This document shows positions 21,186 to 30,693 of a stretch of DNA of 64,000 nt, piece after piece. Each line of letters opens with the position of its first letter. Position 1 is the first letter of the stretch. The position numbers and the translations under genes were made by a program. The DNA is taken from IMG/VR virus record IMGVR_UViG_3300027798_000013. One strand, given 5' to 3'. The DNA comes from a virus. Taxonomy: Duplodnaviria; Heunggongvirae; Uroviricota; Caudoviricetes. The notes under the pieces are model-generated. The model was not told the origin of the DNA, did not search any database, and was given only the letters and a program-made list of their open reading frames with translations.

Positions 21186-22622
21186 TTATCCTTTGTTTTG
21201 TTTAAATGTATCGTCGGGTGACGTATACAATGTCCACTTGTCCGGCGCAGTGGCCGCAGTACTTGTGGTAATATCTGTTTTTGTAGGAACAAAGTCAGCA
21301 GGATTTAAATTCTCATGCAACGGCCAGGGTTCGTGTGTAGGAACTCTTAACAAAATAGATTCCAAAGTGGTACCATTTGTTTCTGTAAGATTAGAATATG
21401 TTACTAATGATTTTGCTTTTAGTGCATCTGGGCCGTTCATATGAATTTTCTTAGCCTGTTCTATATACTCTCCAGTTGTGGAAATATAAGAGTTTCCTGT
21501 TGTGGTAATTTTTGTATTTGCATTAGAAATAACTTCAAAGTCTTTGACACTTTCAAGGTGTATTTTTTCCAATGCTTTAAGATTAATATTACGACCGGCT
21601 TCTAAATTAAGATCTCGATCAGCACGTATATTCAAATCATTTTTAGTATGAATACTGATGCTGTCTTCAGCAAATATATCTATTTTGCCATTGCTAGTCA
21701 ATTCAATCCATGTTGTGCCGCTGGCATTGCCAATATAAATTAAATCTTCACTGTTGTGTAAAAGTATTTGATGTCCTGTACGTGTACGGATTCTTACCAG
21801 TTCGTTGTGAGGAATATTAGTGCCACCCACTTTTGTATAATCCGGGGGCCCGTCCTTTGCAGGTGTCTTGCGTGAATACTTGTTGTCTCCGTCATCCATA
21901 ACAAATTGACTGCCGCCCAGTCTGTTGACATAGGCCATTGTTTGCTCGTCAGGAGTTCCTATATTTTTCTTGGAGCTTTTCTCGTCTAGTGGGCCAGCAG
22001 TACTGATACCAAACACGCGACTAGGAGTTTCTCTTCTTGCGCCGCTGGAGGTAATTCCTCGAGTGTCGTCTTTTAACAATCCCTGTATTTCAAAAATATC
22101 TGCAAGGGTATGAACTGGTTTGACAGCATCTGTTGCGGGCTTTCCTGGTTGTGTGTTATTTGCATTTAATTCTCCTACTGGAAGGCGCTCAGCAGGACGC
22201 AACCAGTTGGCAGTAGTAGCGGGAATTCCAGGAACTGAAAAGTTTTTATATCTATCAGGAATAGAAGCTATCCAGTATGCATTTTTAATGTTGCCTTCAA
22301 CAAGTATAACAAGGCCTTGCACACCCACATCCGGTGCTGGAGTCCACATGCCGTTGGATTTTTGAGTGTCTGCAAATGAGTTTGAATTACCGTTGTGTTT
22401 TTTATCAGTGTTGCTCCAGTAAGGAGTTGTGAATTTTGCATTGGTGGCGTTCCATACAACTGGTTCGTTGCCAGAGCCTTCATGTAACAGTTCAACCCAT
22501 ACTGATCCCAAATAGTCTGCATCCACATTGCTTACCACTCTTGCCAAGAACGGACCTGATGAGTTTGATTCAAGTGGAGTTGATTCTTTACGGCGTTGTA
22601 CAATTTTATCGTGTTGCGACAT
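21186..22622 (-). CDS. Baseplate central spike/hub protein, gp5/VgrG-like (OB-fold plus beta-helix, no lysozyme domain evident)
   Basis: N-terminal GPFLARVVSNVD..LGSVWVEL and APDVGVQGLVILVEG (OB-fold); RIRTRTGHQILLHNSEDLIYIGNASGTTWIELTSNGKIDIFA followed by short beta-helix repeats; upstream of gp25. Confidence 0.8.
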   Translation of the reverse strand: MSQHDKIVQRRKESTPLESNSSGPFLARVVSNVDADYLGSVWVELLHEGSGNEPVVWNATNAKFTTPYWSNTDKKHNGNSNSFADTQKSNGMWTPAPDVGVQGLVILVEGNIKNAYWIASIPDRYKNFSVPGIPATTANWLRPAERLPVGELNANNTQPGKPATDAVKPVHTLADIFEIQGLLKDDTRGITSSGARRETPSRVFGISTAGPLDEKSSKKNIGTPDEQTMAYVNRLGGSQFVMDDGDNKYSRKTPAKDGPPDYTKVGGTNIPHNELVRIRTRTGHQILLHNSEDLIYIGNASGTTWIELTSNGKIDIFAEDSISIHTKNDLNIRADRDLNLEAGRNINLKALEKIHLESVKDFEVISNANTKITTTGNSYISTTGEYIEQAKKIHMNGPDALKAKSLVTYSNLTETNGTTLESILLRVPTHEPWPLHENLNPADFVPTKTDITTSTAATAPDKWTLYTSPDDTFKQNKG

Positions 22623-22633
22623 TAGTTATTACC

Positions 22634-24811
22634 TTAGGTTGTAGGTTTCTTGTCTTTGGCTACGAACTGATAAACCGCTTCGCCAGCTTCGTTTCTAACC
22701 ATTTGTCTGCGGGTACCTTTTATGGTCTGGGTAAATTCGCCGTCTCTAAATCTATGTGTTACTGAGCCCAATCTAAACAAGCCGCTGAATTCACCAACAG
22801 CTTTGGTTGCCATAGTCAGCAATCCTGTGCTAGGATTGATATCTGTTGGAGTTCTAAAATTAATTGCAATGTCAACTTCACCGCTTTGATAATTGATACT
22901 ACCGTCAGCGTTGATATTCATTTGCCCAACCACAGGAGGGCTATTGAAATTTCCCATGCCGTTACTGGTCATATAGTACGGATCGCCTACTATGTCCATT
23001 TCAAGTTCTTGCAAGTCAGCGCCAAAGGTCAACGCTTCGTGTACCCACTTGACTTGCTGTTGGGCTGTTGTATCATCTCCGCCTGATCCGCCGCGATAGT
23101 TAAAGGCAGTTTTTACAGAATTCCAAATTTCTGTATAGTTTAAACCAAGGCCAGGTTCTTTAGAAGCTCCGCCTGGTCTAGGCGCAGGCACTGTTATTTT
23201 CCCTTTAGCTAGATCATTTTGTTCAGCTGTTTTGCTATTGGTTGTGCTATTGCCGTTGTCAACTGGGTTTGAAACGTTGAAAGAATTATTAAACTTAATA
23301 TCTAATTTTAAAATATCTTGATTTTTTCCGGTGTATATGTAATTATACACTTTTACACACTGGGCCAACATTGATTTAAATGAAGTACTTGCCATGCCAG
23401 CAACGGGTACCGATGTTTCATGTACAAGGTACGGCACCACTTTAAACACCAGTAGTTCAGGTTTCTTTTTAGTTTTTGCATCCAGTTGCGGAGAATCAAT
23501 GTGATACAATGCAGTTTCAATGCGCCACCATTTTTTCATTTTGGTACCGTCTTTTGGCTTGTCTGAAATACATTTAAGAGCATAGTCGCTGGACATTATG
23601 ACTTGATTGATGGCATTTACCACAGTTGTGGTTTGTTTAAAACTGTAGTTACTGACTTTGGGATTTTTAGAAATTTTAGCAGGATCAATTTTTCCAGTCG
23701 CTGAATCAATGATTATGCTGTCTTGTTGCAGTGTACTCTGTGCCCAGCGTTCTGGTCCAAATCCCAGAGATGATGCGCCTATTTCATTAACTGACGATTC
23801 TATCAGTGTGCTATTGATTGAGCTTCGAGATACATTTAACTTTGCATTGGTAGTTGCATCATCAACCGCGGCTTTCTCAGCCGCTGGCTTAGCACGTTCT
23901 CTTTCGTCCTCGCCTTTGGGAGAAGCTGTTAGCGTTTCGTTAGCAGAAGATTTTGGAAATATAATTAATATTTCTTGTGCTGGAATTGCTAAATCATTTT
24001 TTTTTGCTATTTCTCTATAACCAGCGTTGATTGCAGATTGCAAACTGTACGGACCGGTTTGTAATATTTCTTGCACTGTACTGCCAGCAATTGCCATATC
24101 AGTAGTAATTGTATTATTGTTTGAAAACAACGGTACTTGTCCAGCAGGAGTTGCTTTTATATTATAAACTGCGCCGGCGTTGGTTACTTGCATGGTCAAG
24201 TCGTTGATGATAAATGGTATCATCTTGGTAGTGTTAGGAGCAGACGTCATATTACCATTTTGATCTACTCCTTTAAATTCTATTTTTAGCAAAAACGTGG
24301 CCGCACTGTAGGTAGAATATTTGTACTTTTTACATGCAGTATTCAATGCCACTGGAAACATTCCAATACTAAACGGTTCGCTTATCACCATGTTTATACT
24401 AGTTGCATTTGTATTGCCAGTACCCAGCTCAAATCCATAGGTACTTTCAATTTCTACACTGTCAATAAAAAAATCAAATCTACCGTAGAATGTCTTGATA
24501 CGATTATTGGGATTTCCTCCGGCAGTTTTTAAAATTATTGGAAGTTTTCCACTGGCCAAATATGTAGTATTTGGACTGTTTAAATCGTCCGAGCTCAACG
24601 CGGCTATGGTAAAAATTTGTGTATAGCTTGCATATTTGCTTAACGGATTTGCCAGCGGCAGTTTAAACTGACTGCTTGAAGAACTGCCAAGTAGTTTGGA
24701 TATGCCGCCACCCAGTGCCAATACTCCTGGAACTACCGCAGGTGCTGGAGCGGCTGGCACTTGTGTTGGAGTAGCCGCACGGGACGTGTTTTCTATATCG
24801 CCATTGGCCAT
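22634..24811 (-). CDS. Putative baseplate hub protein (gp27/gpD-like)
   Basis: Lies between gp53-like and gp5-like genes; C-terminal MDIVGDPYY...FSGLFRLGSVTHRFRDGEFTQTIKGTR resembles contractile-tail hub proteins. Confidence 0.6.
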   Translation of the reverse strand: MANGDIENTSRAATPTQVPAAPAPAVVPGVLALGGGISKLLGSSSSSQFKLPLANPLSKYASYTQIFTIAALSSDDLNSPNTTYLASGKLPIILKTAGGNPNNRIKTFYGRFDFFIDSVEIESTYGFELGTGNTNATSINMVISEPFSIGMFPVALNTACKKYKYSTYSAATFLLKIEFKGVDQNGNMTSAPNTTKMIPFIINDLTMQVTNAGAVYNIKATPAGQVPLFSNNNTITTDMAIAGSTVQEILQTGPYSLQSAINAGYREIAKKNDLAIPAQEILIIFPKSSANETLTASPKGEDERERAKPAAEKAAVDDATTNAKLNVSRSSINSTLIESSVNEIGASSLGFGPERWAQSTLQQDSIIIDSATGKIDPAKISKNPKVSNYSFKQTTTVVNAINQVIMSSDYALKCISDKPKDGTKMKKWWRIETALYHIDSPQLDAKTKKKPELLVFKVVPYLVHETSVPVAGMASTSFKSMLAQCVKVYNYIYTGKNQDILKLDIKFNNSFNVSNPVDNGNSTTNSKTAEQNDLAKGKITVPAPRPGGASKEPGLGLNYTEIWNSVKTAFNYRGGSGGDDTTAQQQVKWVHEALTFGADLQELEMDIVGDPYYMTSNGMGNFNSPPVVGQMNINADGSINYQSGEVDIAINFRTPTDINPSTGLLTMATKAVGEFSGLFRLGSVTHRFRDGEFTQTIKGTRRQMVRNEAGEAVYQFVAKDKKPTT

Positions 24812-24812
24812 A

Positions 24813-25115
24813 TTAAATTCCTAAAATCTCTGATAGGCTACTGTTTTTTGGAATATAAATTTGTTTGCCTGCAACAAAATCAAATATTGGATCCTGTATC
24901 ACATCCATATTGCGTTGTGTGAATACCCACCATAATCCTGAATCACCATACAAGTCAAACGCCAGCAAATCAGGTCTCAAATTGTATTGCGGTTGTATTG
25001 TGTACAAAAAATCATCCGATGCAATACTAACAGACCGTATTGTAAAGATATCCAAATAGTCTCTTGTGATTGGAGTAGTAGCCCATGGGCTACGGTCATT
25101 GTATGTTGCGGCCAT
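24813..25115 (-). CDS. Baseplate wedge protein, gp53-like (LysM-like)
   Basis: YTIQPQYNLRPDLLAFDLYGDSGLWWVF..RN...DPIFDFVAGKQIYIP motif; the ATG at 25115, just after the upstream stop, is preferred. Confidence 0.8.
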   Translation of the reverse strand: MAATYNDRSPWATTPITRDYLDIFTIRSVSIASDDFLYTIQPQYNLRPDLLAFDLYGDSGLWWVFTQRNMDVIQDPIFDFVAGKQIYIPKNSSLSEILGI

Positions 25116-25116
25116 A

Positions 25117-26094
25117 TTATACAAATCCTGTTGAGCCGGACATATATCCTCCGGTTACAAATTGGTCTAAACTAAACTTGCGTACTGTTGTTCTGCTGTA
25201 AGACGGTTTCAATGTGACTGTAAAAGTACTTTTTGTTGGCACATGAGTTACTCCACCGCTGGTTGATCCGCCTACTCCAAAAGCTCCTAGCAGTCCTGCC
25301 ACTTGGCCTATAGTTCCTGATAAGTCACTAACTGCATCTAATCCAAAACTATCACTTAGACTGCCCAGCGTATCGGCCACACCTGCGATAGCACTGGCAG
25401 CACTACCGACCACATTGCAACCAATATAATCACAGTCTTTTTCTAGTGCAACTGTGAACCCAGTGATGACTACTGGAACATTTTTAAAAACAAAATTACC
25501 GTATGCATTTAAATTTACAATAGGTGGAGGATTTCCCGCTTTCGGATCATTTCCGCTGAACATTTTTGATGTAGCTCTTAAATAATGCAACATGGCAATC
25601 CAATACAATGCCTGGGCACTGTCTTCGCAATACATCGGAGCCACAATACTAATTGAGCCAGGATCACTATTTTTATATGCGTTGAACGCATAGTTATTAT
25701 GTACCGGAGATACACCGTTATAGTTGGTGGATTGTGTTATTGTGATTGCAGGAGTATAAGGAAAAATACATCCACCTGCTTCAGTCAATGGTTTAAGTAC
25801 AGGACTTTTTCTAAAGGAAGGCCACTTGGGTAAACTCAGTCGAACACGCCAGTCATTACCTGGTGCATCGCCTCCACCAAACGTTGCTATTGCACTCATG
25901 ATGTCACCCACTGCTTCGCCTGCGGTTGGTAATCCAATTGCTCTGAGATTGTCAACAGCACCCAAATCGGCAAAGCTACCCGCAGTCGAGGCAATGGTGT
26001 TTACTGCGTTATTGGCGGCTGATATTGCACCAAACACGCTGGTTGCCGCGCCTATAGTTTGGTTGACGCCTTGTACTGAATTGAATAGACCCAT
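25117..26094 (-). CDS. Putative baseplate-tail tube junction protein (gp48/gp54-like, tube fold)
   Basis: IFPYTPAIT, PPPIVNLNAYGNFVFKNVPVVITGFTV and VPTKSTFTVTLKPSYSR motifs; first gene of the baseplate operon with an AGGAG RBS. Confidence 0.6.
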   Translation of the reverse strand: MGLFNSVQGVNQTIGAATSVFGAISAANNAVNTIASTAGSFADLGAVDNLRAIGLPTAGEAVGDIMSAIATFGGGDAPGNDWRVRLSLPKWPSFRKSPVLKPLTEAGGCIFPYTPAITITQSTNYNGVSPVHNNYAFNAYKNSDPGSISIVAPMYCEDSAQALYWIAMLHYLRATSKMFSGNDPKAGNPPPIVNLNAYGNFVFKNVPVVITGFTVALEKDCDYIGCNVVGSAASAIAGVADTLGSLSDSFGLDAVSDLSGTIGQVAGLLGAFGVGGSTSGGVTHVPTKSTFTVTLKPSYSRTTVRKFSLDQFVTGGYMSGSTGFV

Positions 26095-26117
26095 AATATT
26101 TGGTTCTCCTGATACTC

Positions 26118-26123
26118 TATTTA
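26118..26123 (-). promoter_or_regulatory. Late promoter core TAAATA for the baseplate operon
   Basis: TAAATA upstream of AGGAGA (26105-26110, minus strand) and the ATG at 26094. Confidence 0.7.
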
Positions 26124-26124
26124 T

Positions 26125-26153
26125 TTGACTTTAATCTGTGCGTAGTTTATAAT
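26125..26153 (+). promoter_or_regulatory. Sigma70-type early promoter for the gp55-gp47-gp46 operon
   Basis: TTGACT (26125-26130), 17 bp spacer, TATAAT (26148-26153); a GAGGA RBS and ATG 26175 follow. Confidence 0.85.
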
Positions 26154-26174
26154 TTACTTTACGAGGACTCTTTA

Positions 26175-27032
26175 ATGACAGCAAAAATCAATTACTTGAA
26201 CAACAAAGATATGCTTTTGGAAATACATAGATCTAAAAGCAGTTATTGTAGTTTTACCGATCCAAAGTTTCATCAATATGACTTAATTATACCCAGCACA
26301 GACAAGGTAAACATACGCACAGTTGCCGAGGCCAAACGCAATCAAGCCAAACGTATTGGAGATGCTGAGTATCAAAGGCGCAAAAAACTAGGTGAAAAAG
26401 TCAAACAAGCAGACTGCGAAGTAGACTATAAAAAAATTCAAAAGCTGGATTTGGTATTCAGGGTTATGACTTTTGACCATATTCCTCTGAACAGCACACG
26501 TAAGAAAAATCCCAAAAGTCTAGCTGACCACAGAGACAAGGTGAACTTTCCACCGTTCCAACATTGGAAGTTCAATGATACAGACGAACTAGTTTGTGTG
26601 GGTAAAAGCCACTGGAAGGGCACATTGGACAAGGGCCACTTTGATAAAGATGCTGGACAAATTACACCTACACTGGCCCGCATGATGATTAAACTGTGTG
26701 AACGATATGCTACCCGTGGCAACGTTCGTGGCTATACTTACAATGACGAAATGCGGGGACAAGCTATTTTACAGCTAACACAAGTGGGCTTGCAGTTTGA
26801 TGAAAGCAAGAGTGACAATCCGTTTGCTTATTTTACTGCGGCTGTGACCAACAGCTTTGTTCGTGTTATCAACATTGAAAAACGCAACCAAAACATCCGC
26901 GATGATATACTAGAAATGAATGGTATGAATCCATCATACTCACGTACCGGCGCTGGAGAACATGCGGCCGCACTTAAACGTCATGCAGAGGACACAACTA
27001 ATGAATCAACCAATGACACACCAACTGTTTAA
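26175..27032 (+). CDS. gp55: Late-transcription RNA polymerase sigma factor, T4 gp55-like
   Basis: NYLNNKDMLLEI, NVRGYTYNDEMRGQAILQL and FDESKSDNPFAYFTAAVTNSFVRVINIEKRNQ motifs; syntenic with gp47/gp46; start reassigned to the ATG with an RBS. Confidence 0.9.
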   Translation: MTAKINYLNNKDMLLEIHRSKSSYCSFTDPKFHQYDLIIPSTDKVNIRTVAEAKRNQAKRIGDAEYQRRKKLGEKVKQADCEVDYKKIQKLDLVFRVMTFDHIPLNSTRKKNPKSLADHRDKVNFPPFQHWKFNDTDELVCVGKSHWKGTLDKGHFDKDAGQITPTLARMMIKLCERYATRGNVRGYTYNDEMRGQAILQLTQVGLQFDESKSDNPFAYFTAAVTNSFVRVINIEKRNQNIRDDILEMNGMNPSYSRTGAGEHAAALKRHAEDTTNESTNDTPTV

Positions 27033-28029
27033 AAAAGTTGCCTGTTTCACAGACATTCACTTTGGATTAAAATCCAACAGCAGTGTACATAACCAAGACT
27101 GCGAAGATTTTGTGGATTGGTATATTGCCAAAGCAAAAGAGGAAGGGTGTGATGTTGGCATCTTTATGGGAGATTGGCATCACAATCGCAACAGTCTTAA
27201 TATTACTACTATGGACTATAGCCTTAGAGCCCTTGAAAAACTGGGACAGGCTTTCGATAAGTTTTATTTCTTTCCTGGCAACCATGATCTTTATTACAAA
27301 GACAAGCGGGACATCCACAGCGTTGAATTCGGAAAGTATATTCCTGGCATCACTGTGGTACATGAGCCCGTTACTATTGGTGACGTTACTTTATGTCCTT
27401 GGCTCGTTGGGGACGAATGGCGAAGCATAGGCAAGAAAGGCGGCAAGTATATCTTTGGTCACTTTGAATTGCCCAGCTTCTTTATGAACGCAATGGTACA
27501 GATGCCGGATCACGGTGAGATTGCACTGGATAGTTTTAAAGGTTATGAGCTGGGATTTAGCGGACATTTCCACAAACGTCAGCAACAAAAGAACATGATT
27601 TACATTGGCAATGCTTTCCCGCACAACTATGCAGACACATGGGATGATGACAGAGGCATGATGATACTGGAGTGGGACGGCGAACCTCAATATCACAGCT
27701 GGCCTAATCAACCTACGTTTCGTACAGTTACACTGAGTCGTTTGATTGATGAAGCTGATACCATTATCAAACCCAAACAACATTTACGTGTTGCACTGGA
27801 TATTGATATCAGCTACGAAGAAGCTAGTTTTATTAAAGAAAAGTTTATTACAGATTATGCTATTCGTGAACTTACTTTGATTACAGAACGCAAAGAAGTT
27901 GAAATGAATACCAATATAGATATCCAGTCGTTTGAATCCGTAGACCAGATTGTCTCCAATCAGATTGTAAACATTGACTCAGACACATATAATAAGAATA
28001 CCTTGCTGGAAATTTATAATAGCCTATGA
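27001..28029 (+). CDS. gp47: Recombination endonuclease subunit gp47 (Mre11/SbcD metallophosphoesterase)
   Basis: FTDIHFG, FMGDWHH, PGNHD, FGHFE and FSGHFH phosphoesterase motifs; start is ATG 27001 (GAGGA upstream) or 27013. Confidence 0.93.
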   Translation: MNQPMTHQLFKKVACFTDIHFGLKSNSSVHNQDCEDFVDWYIAKAKEEGCDVGIFMGDWHHNRNSLNITTMDYSLRALEKLGQAFDKFYFFPGNHDLYYKDKRDIHSVEFGKYIPGITVVHEPVTIGDVTLCPWLVGDEWRSIGKKGGKYIFGHFELPSFFMNAMVQMPDHGEIALDSFKGYELGFSGHFHKRQQQKNMIYIGNAFPHNYADTWDDDRGMMILEWDGEPQYHSWPNQPTFRTVTLSRLIDEADTIIKPKQHLRVALDIDISYEEASFIKEKFITDYAIRELTLITERKEVEMNTNIDIQSFESVDQIVSNQIVNIDSDTYNKNTLLEIYNSL

Positions 28030-29804
28030 TAAAGATTAAAGAATTAACTGTTAAAAACTTCATGAGTGTGGGCAATCAAACTCAAGGAGTTGCTTTTGAC
28101 AAAGCCAACCTAACACTTGTGCTGGGTGAGAACTTGGATCAAGGTGGTGATGACAGTGGTAGCCGTAATGGTACTGGAAAAACAACCATTGTGAATGCAC
28201 TGAGTTTTGCCCTGTTTGGTAATGCTCTTACCAACATTAAAAAAGACAATCTTATCAACAAGATCAACAACAAAAATATGTTGGTCACATTGAGCTTTGA
28301 AAAGAATGACATCAACTATCGCATCGAGCGTGGGCGCAAACCTACACTCATGCGTTTCTTTGTGGATGATCACGAACAACACGCAGAAGAAACAGATGAC
28401 GCACAGGGCGACATGCGTGAAACACAGAAAGACTTAGATGACTTGCTGGGCATGAGTCATGACATGTTCAAGCATATCGTTGCGCTTAACACTTATACAG
28501 AGCCGTTCTTAAGTATGCGGGCCAATGACCAACGTGCTATTATTGAGCAGTTATTGGGCATTACAATTCTTAGTGAAAAAGCAGAAACACTCAAAGAACT
28601 AATTAGAACAACCAAAGATCAAGTGCTACAAGAAAGCGCAGATATAGAGGCCGCTAAAAAGTCCAATGAGAAAATTCAGCTTAGTGTTGACAGTTTAATC
28701 ACAAGACAAAATGCTTGGAATACTCAACACGAAGCAGATATCGAAAAAACTGCACGGGCTATTATTGAACTTGAAAGTGTGGACATTGAAGCTGAGCTTG
28801 CCGAGCACAGCGAGCTAAAACTTTTTGAAGAAAAGACTGCCAAGCTGAAAAGTCTCGCTAAGGAGCGGGCAACGCTAGACAGCGCAACAGCGCAAGCGGA
28901 GCGAAGCGTAAAAAAATACGCTGACGAGCTTGCTAAGTTGAAGGACAAAAAATGCCACGCTTGTGAACAAGAACTGCATGATCACAAACATGAAGAAATG
29001 AGCGCCACTGCTCAACAGCACTTGGCGGAAGCCAACCGATACAACAACAAAGTGGCCGCGGACCTTGCTAAAATCATGAAAGAGATCGCCGCTATTGGCG
29101 AAGTTGCTGGGCGTCCCAATACCTATTATGATACTGTAGAGGCCGCACTGAAACATCAGAACAATTTGAAAACTCTTGAAACACAATTGACTGTGAAAGC
29201 AGGCGAAGCGGATCCTTATCAGGAGCAAATTGACGAACTGCGTCACACGGCCATGCAGGAAATCTCATGGGACACAGTCAACACTCTCAACACACTAAAA
29301 GACCATCAGGAGTTTTTGTTAAAACTATTGACCAGCAAAGATTCGTTTATACGCAAAAAGATCATAGATCAAAACCTAGCTTATCTCAACAATCGCTTAA
29401 CGTATTATCTTGACAAGATGGGATTGCCGCACACAGTGGTATTCCAAAATGACTTGACCGTTGAGATAACACAGCTGGGGCAAGACTTGGATTTTGACAA
29501 TCTAAGTCGAGGAGAGCGTAACAGACTTATATTGGGTTTGAGTTGGAGTTTCCGTGACGTGTGGGAAAGTCTATATCAGCAGATCAACCTGTTGTTTGTG
29601 GACGAATTAATCGACAACGGCCTGGATGCGTCGGGTGTTGAAGGTGCGTTGGCAGTGCTTAAAAAGATGAGCCGTGAACGCAAAAAGAACATCTTCTTGA
29701 TCAGTCACAAGGATGAATTGATTGGGCGGGTAAACAACGTGCTTAAAGTCATTAAAGAAAATGGCTTTACCAGCTACGCAAATGATTTAGAGGTAACAGA
29801 ATAA
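28026..29804 (+). CDS. gp46: Recombination endonuclease ATPase subunit gp46 (Rad50/SbcC)
   Basis: KNFMSVGN, Walker A NGTGKTT, coiled coil with CHAC zinc hook, LSRGE signature, Walker B LLFVDE and ISH. Confidence 0.95.
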   Translation: MIKIKELTVKNFMSVGNQTQGVAFDKANLTLVLGENLDQGGDDSGSRNGTGKTTIVNALSFALFGNALTNIKKDNLINKINNKNMLVTLSFEKNDINYRIERGRKPTLMRFFVDDHEQHAEETDDAQGDMRETQKDLDDLLGMSHDMFKHIVALNTYTEPFLSMRANDQRAIIEQLLGITILSEKAETLKELIRTTKDQVLQESADIEAAKKSNEKIQLSVDSLITRQNAWNTQHEADIEKTARAIIELESVDIEAELAEHSELKLFEEKTAKLKSLAKERATLDSATAQAERSVKKYADELAKLKDKKCHACEQELHDHKHEEMSATAQQHLAEANRYNNKVAADLAKIMKEIAAIGEVAGRPNTYYDTVEAALKHQNNLKTLETQLTVKAGEADPYQEQIDELRHTAMQEISWDTVNTLNTLKDHQEFLLKLLTSKDSFIRKKIIDQNLAYLNNRLTYYLDKMGLPHTVVFQNDLTVEITQLGQDLDFDNLSRGERNRLILGLSWSFRDVWESLYQQINLLFVDELIDNGLDASGVEGALAVLKKMSRERKKNIFLISHKDELIGRVNNVLKVIKENGFTSYANDLEVTE

Positions 29805-30022
29805 TGAATATGGATCAAGCCGCTGTCTGGTTAAGCGCCAGTATTTTAATAATGTTGGGTTTTGTAATTGTGGTAGCTGGTGCTGTTGTTATCAACAATA
29901 TCATACATAGATTCTGGAAACCCATACGTATTTTTACATCGGACAGTTGGAATCTAAACCCTCCCATACAGTATCCGTCACAAGAAGATCCGGTGCTGAC
30001 CAAGGAACAACCTAACAAATGA
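29804..30022 (+). CDS. Small single-pass membrane protein
   Basis: Hydrophobic stretch AAVWLSASILIMLGFVIVVAGAVVI; TAATG coupling to gp46 (start may be the second ATG). Confidence 0.65.
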   Translation: MNMDQAAVWLSASILIMLGFVIVVAGAVVINNIIHRFWKPIRIFTSDSWNLNPPIQYPSQEDPVLTKEQPNK

Positions 30023-30261
30023 TTCCACAGGATGAAGAACTACACTCGCAGATCATGCGGGCGTTTAATGAGTACTTCAAAGCAAATCAGCGTTGGATCA
30101 ATCGAGGCACACGCCGTGCTGGGGAACAAACACGATACTGGTTAGCCCAGATTCGTATCCTGTCACGTGAAAGGCGAAAACTAATACAAGACTGGCGTCA
30201 CGCAGTGGACGCTACAAAGGCTCAAAAGAAGCAGGGGACCGGAGACGCAGACACTAACTAG
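30019..30261 (+). CDS. Small basic helical hypothetical protein (possible nucleic-acid binding)
   Basis: AAGGA RBS, overlap with the upstream stop, Arg/Lys-rich sequence. Confidence 0.7.
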   Translation: MIPQDEELHSQIMRAFNEYFKANQRWINRGTRRAGEQTRYWLAQIRILSRERRKLIQDWRHAVDATKAQKKQGTGDADTN

Positions 30262-30264
30262 TGT

Positions 30265-30693
30265 ATGTCTTGGACTTATGAAAATACTTTAATAGAAATC
30301 CTGCCCGAAGAATGTGTGGGTTTCGTATATCTCATAACCAACACAATCTCTGGACGCATGTATATAGGCAAAAAATTAGCCAAGTTCGCCAAAACATCCT
30401 ACCGGGTGGTCAAGCTCAAGAACGGAACTAAGAAAAAAAAGAAAATACGGTCAAAAATTGATTCGGATTGGCGTGATTATTACGGTTCAAATCTAGAATT
30501 AAATGTGGACGTATTGAAATTAGGCAAAGAAAACTTCACTCGAGAAATCCTATACTACTGCACATCCAAGGCGCAATGCTCTTACTTCGAGGCCAGAGAA
30601 CAATTCACCCGCAAAGTTCTAGAATCAAAAGACTATTATAACGGCCAGATATCTGTCCGTGTGCATGGTTCACACATACTCAAAGGCCAATAA
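30265..30693 (+). CDS. Stand-alone GIY-YIG family nuclease
   Basis: GFVYLITNTISGRMYIGKK (GIY-YIG), YYGS, conserved Glu helix CSYFEAREQF and YYN; Lys-rich insert; 142 aa with no C-terminal DNA-binding domain. Confidence 0.85.
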   Translation: MSWTYENTLIEILPEECVGFVYLITNTISGRMYIGKKLAKFAKTSYRVVKLKNGTKKKKKIRSKIDSDWRDYYGSNLELNVDVLKLGKENFTREILYYCTSKAQCSYFEAREQFTRKVLESKDYYNGQISVRVHGSHILKGQ

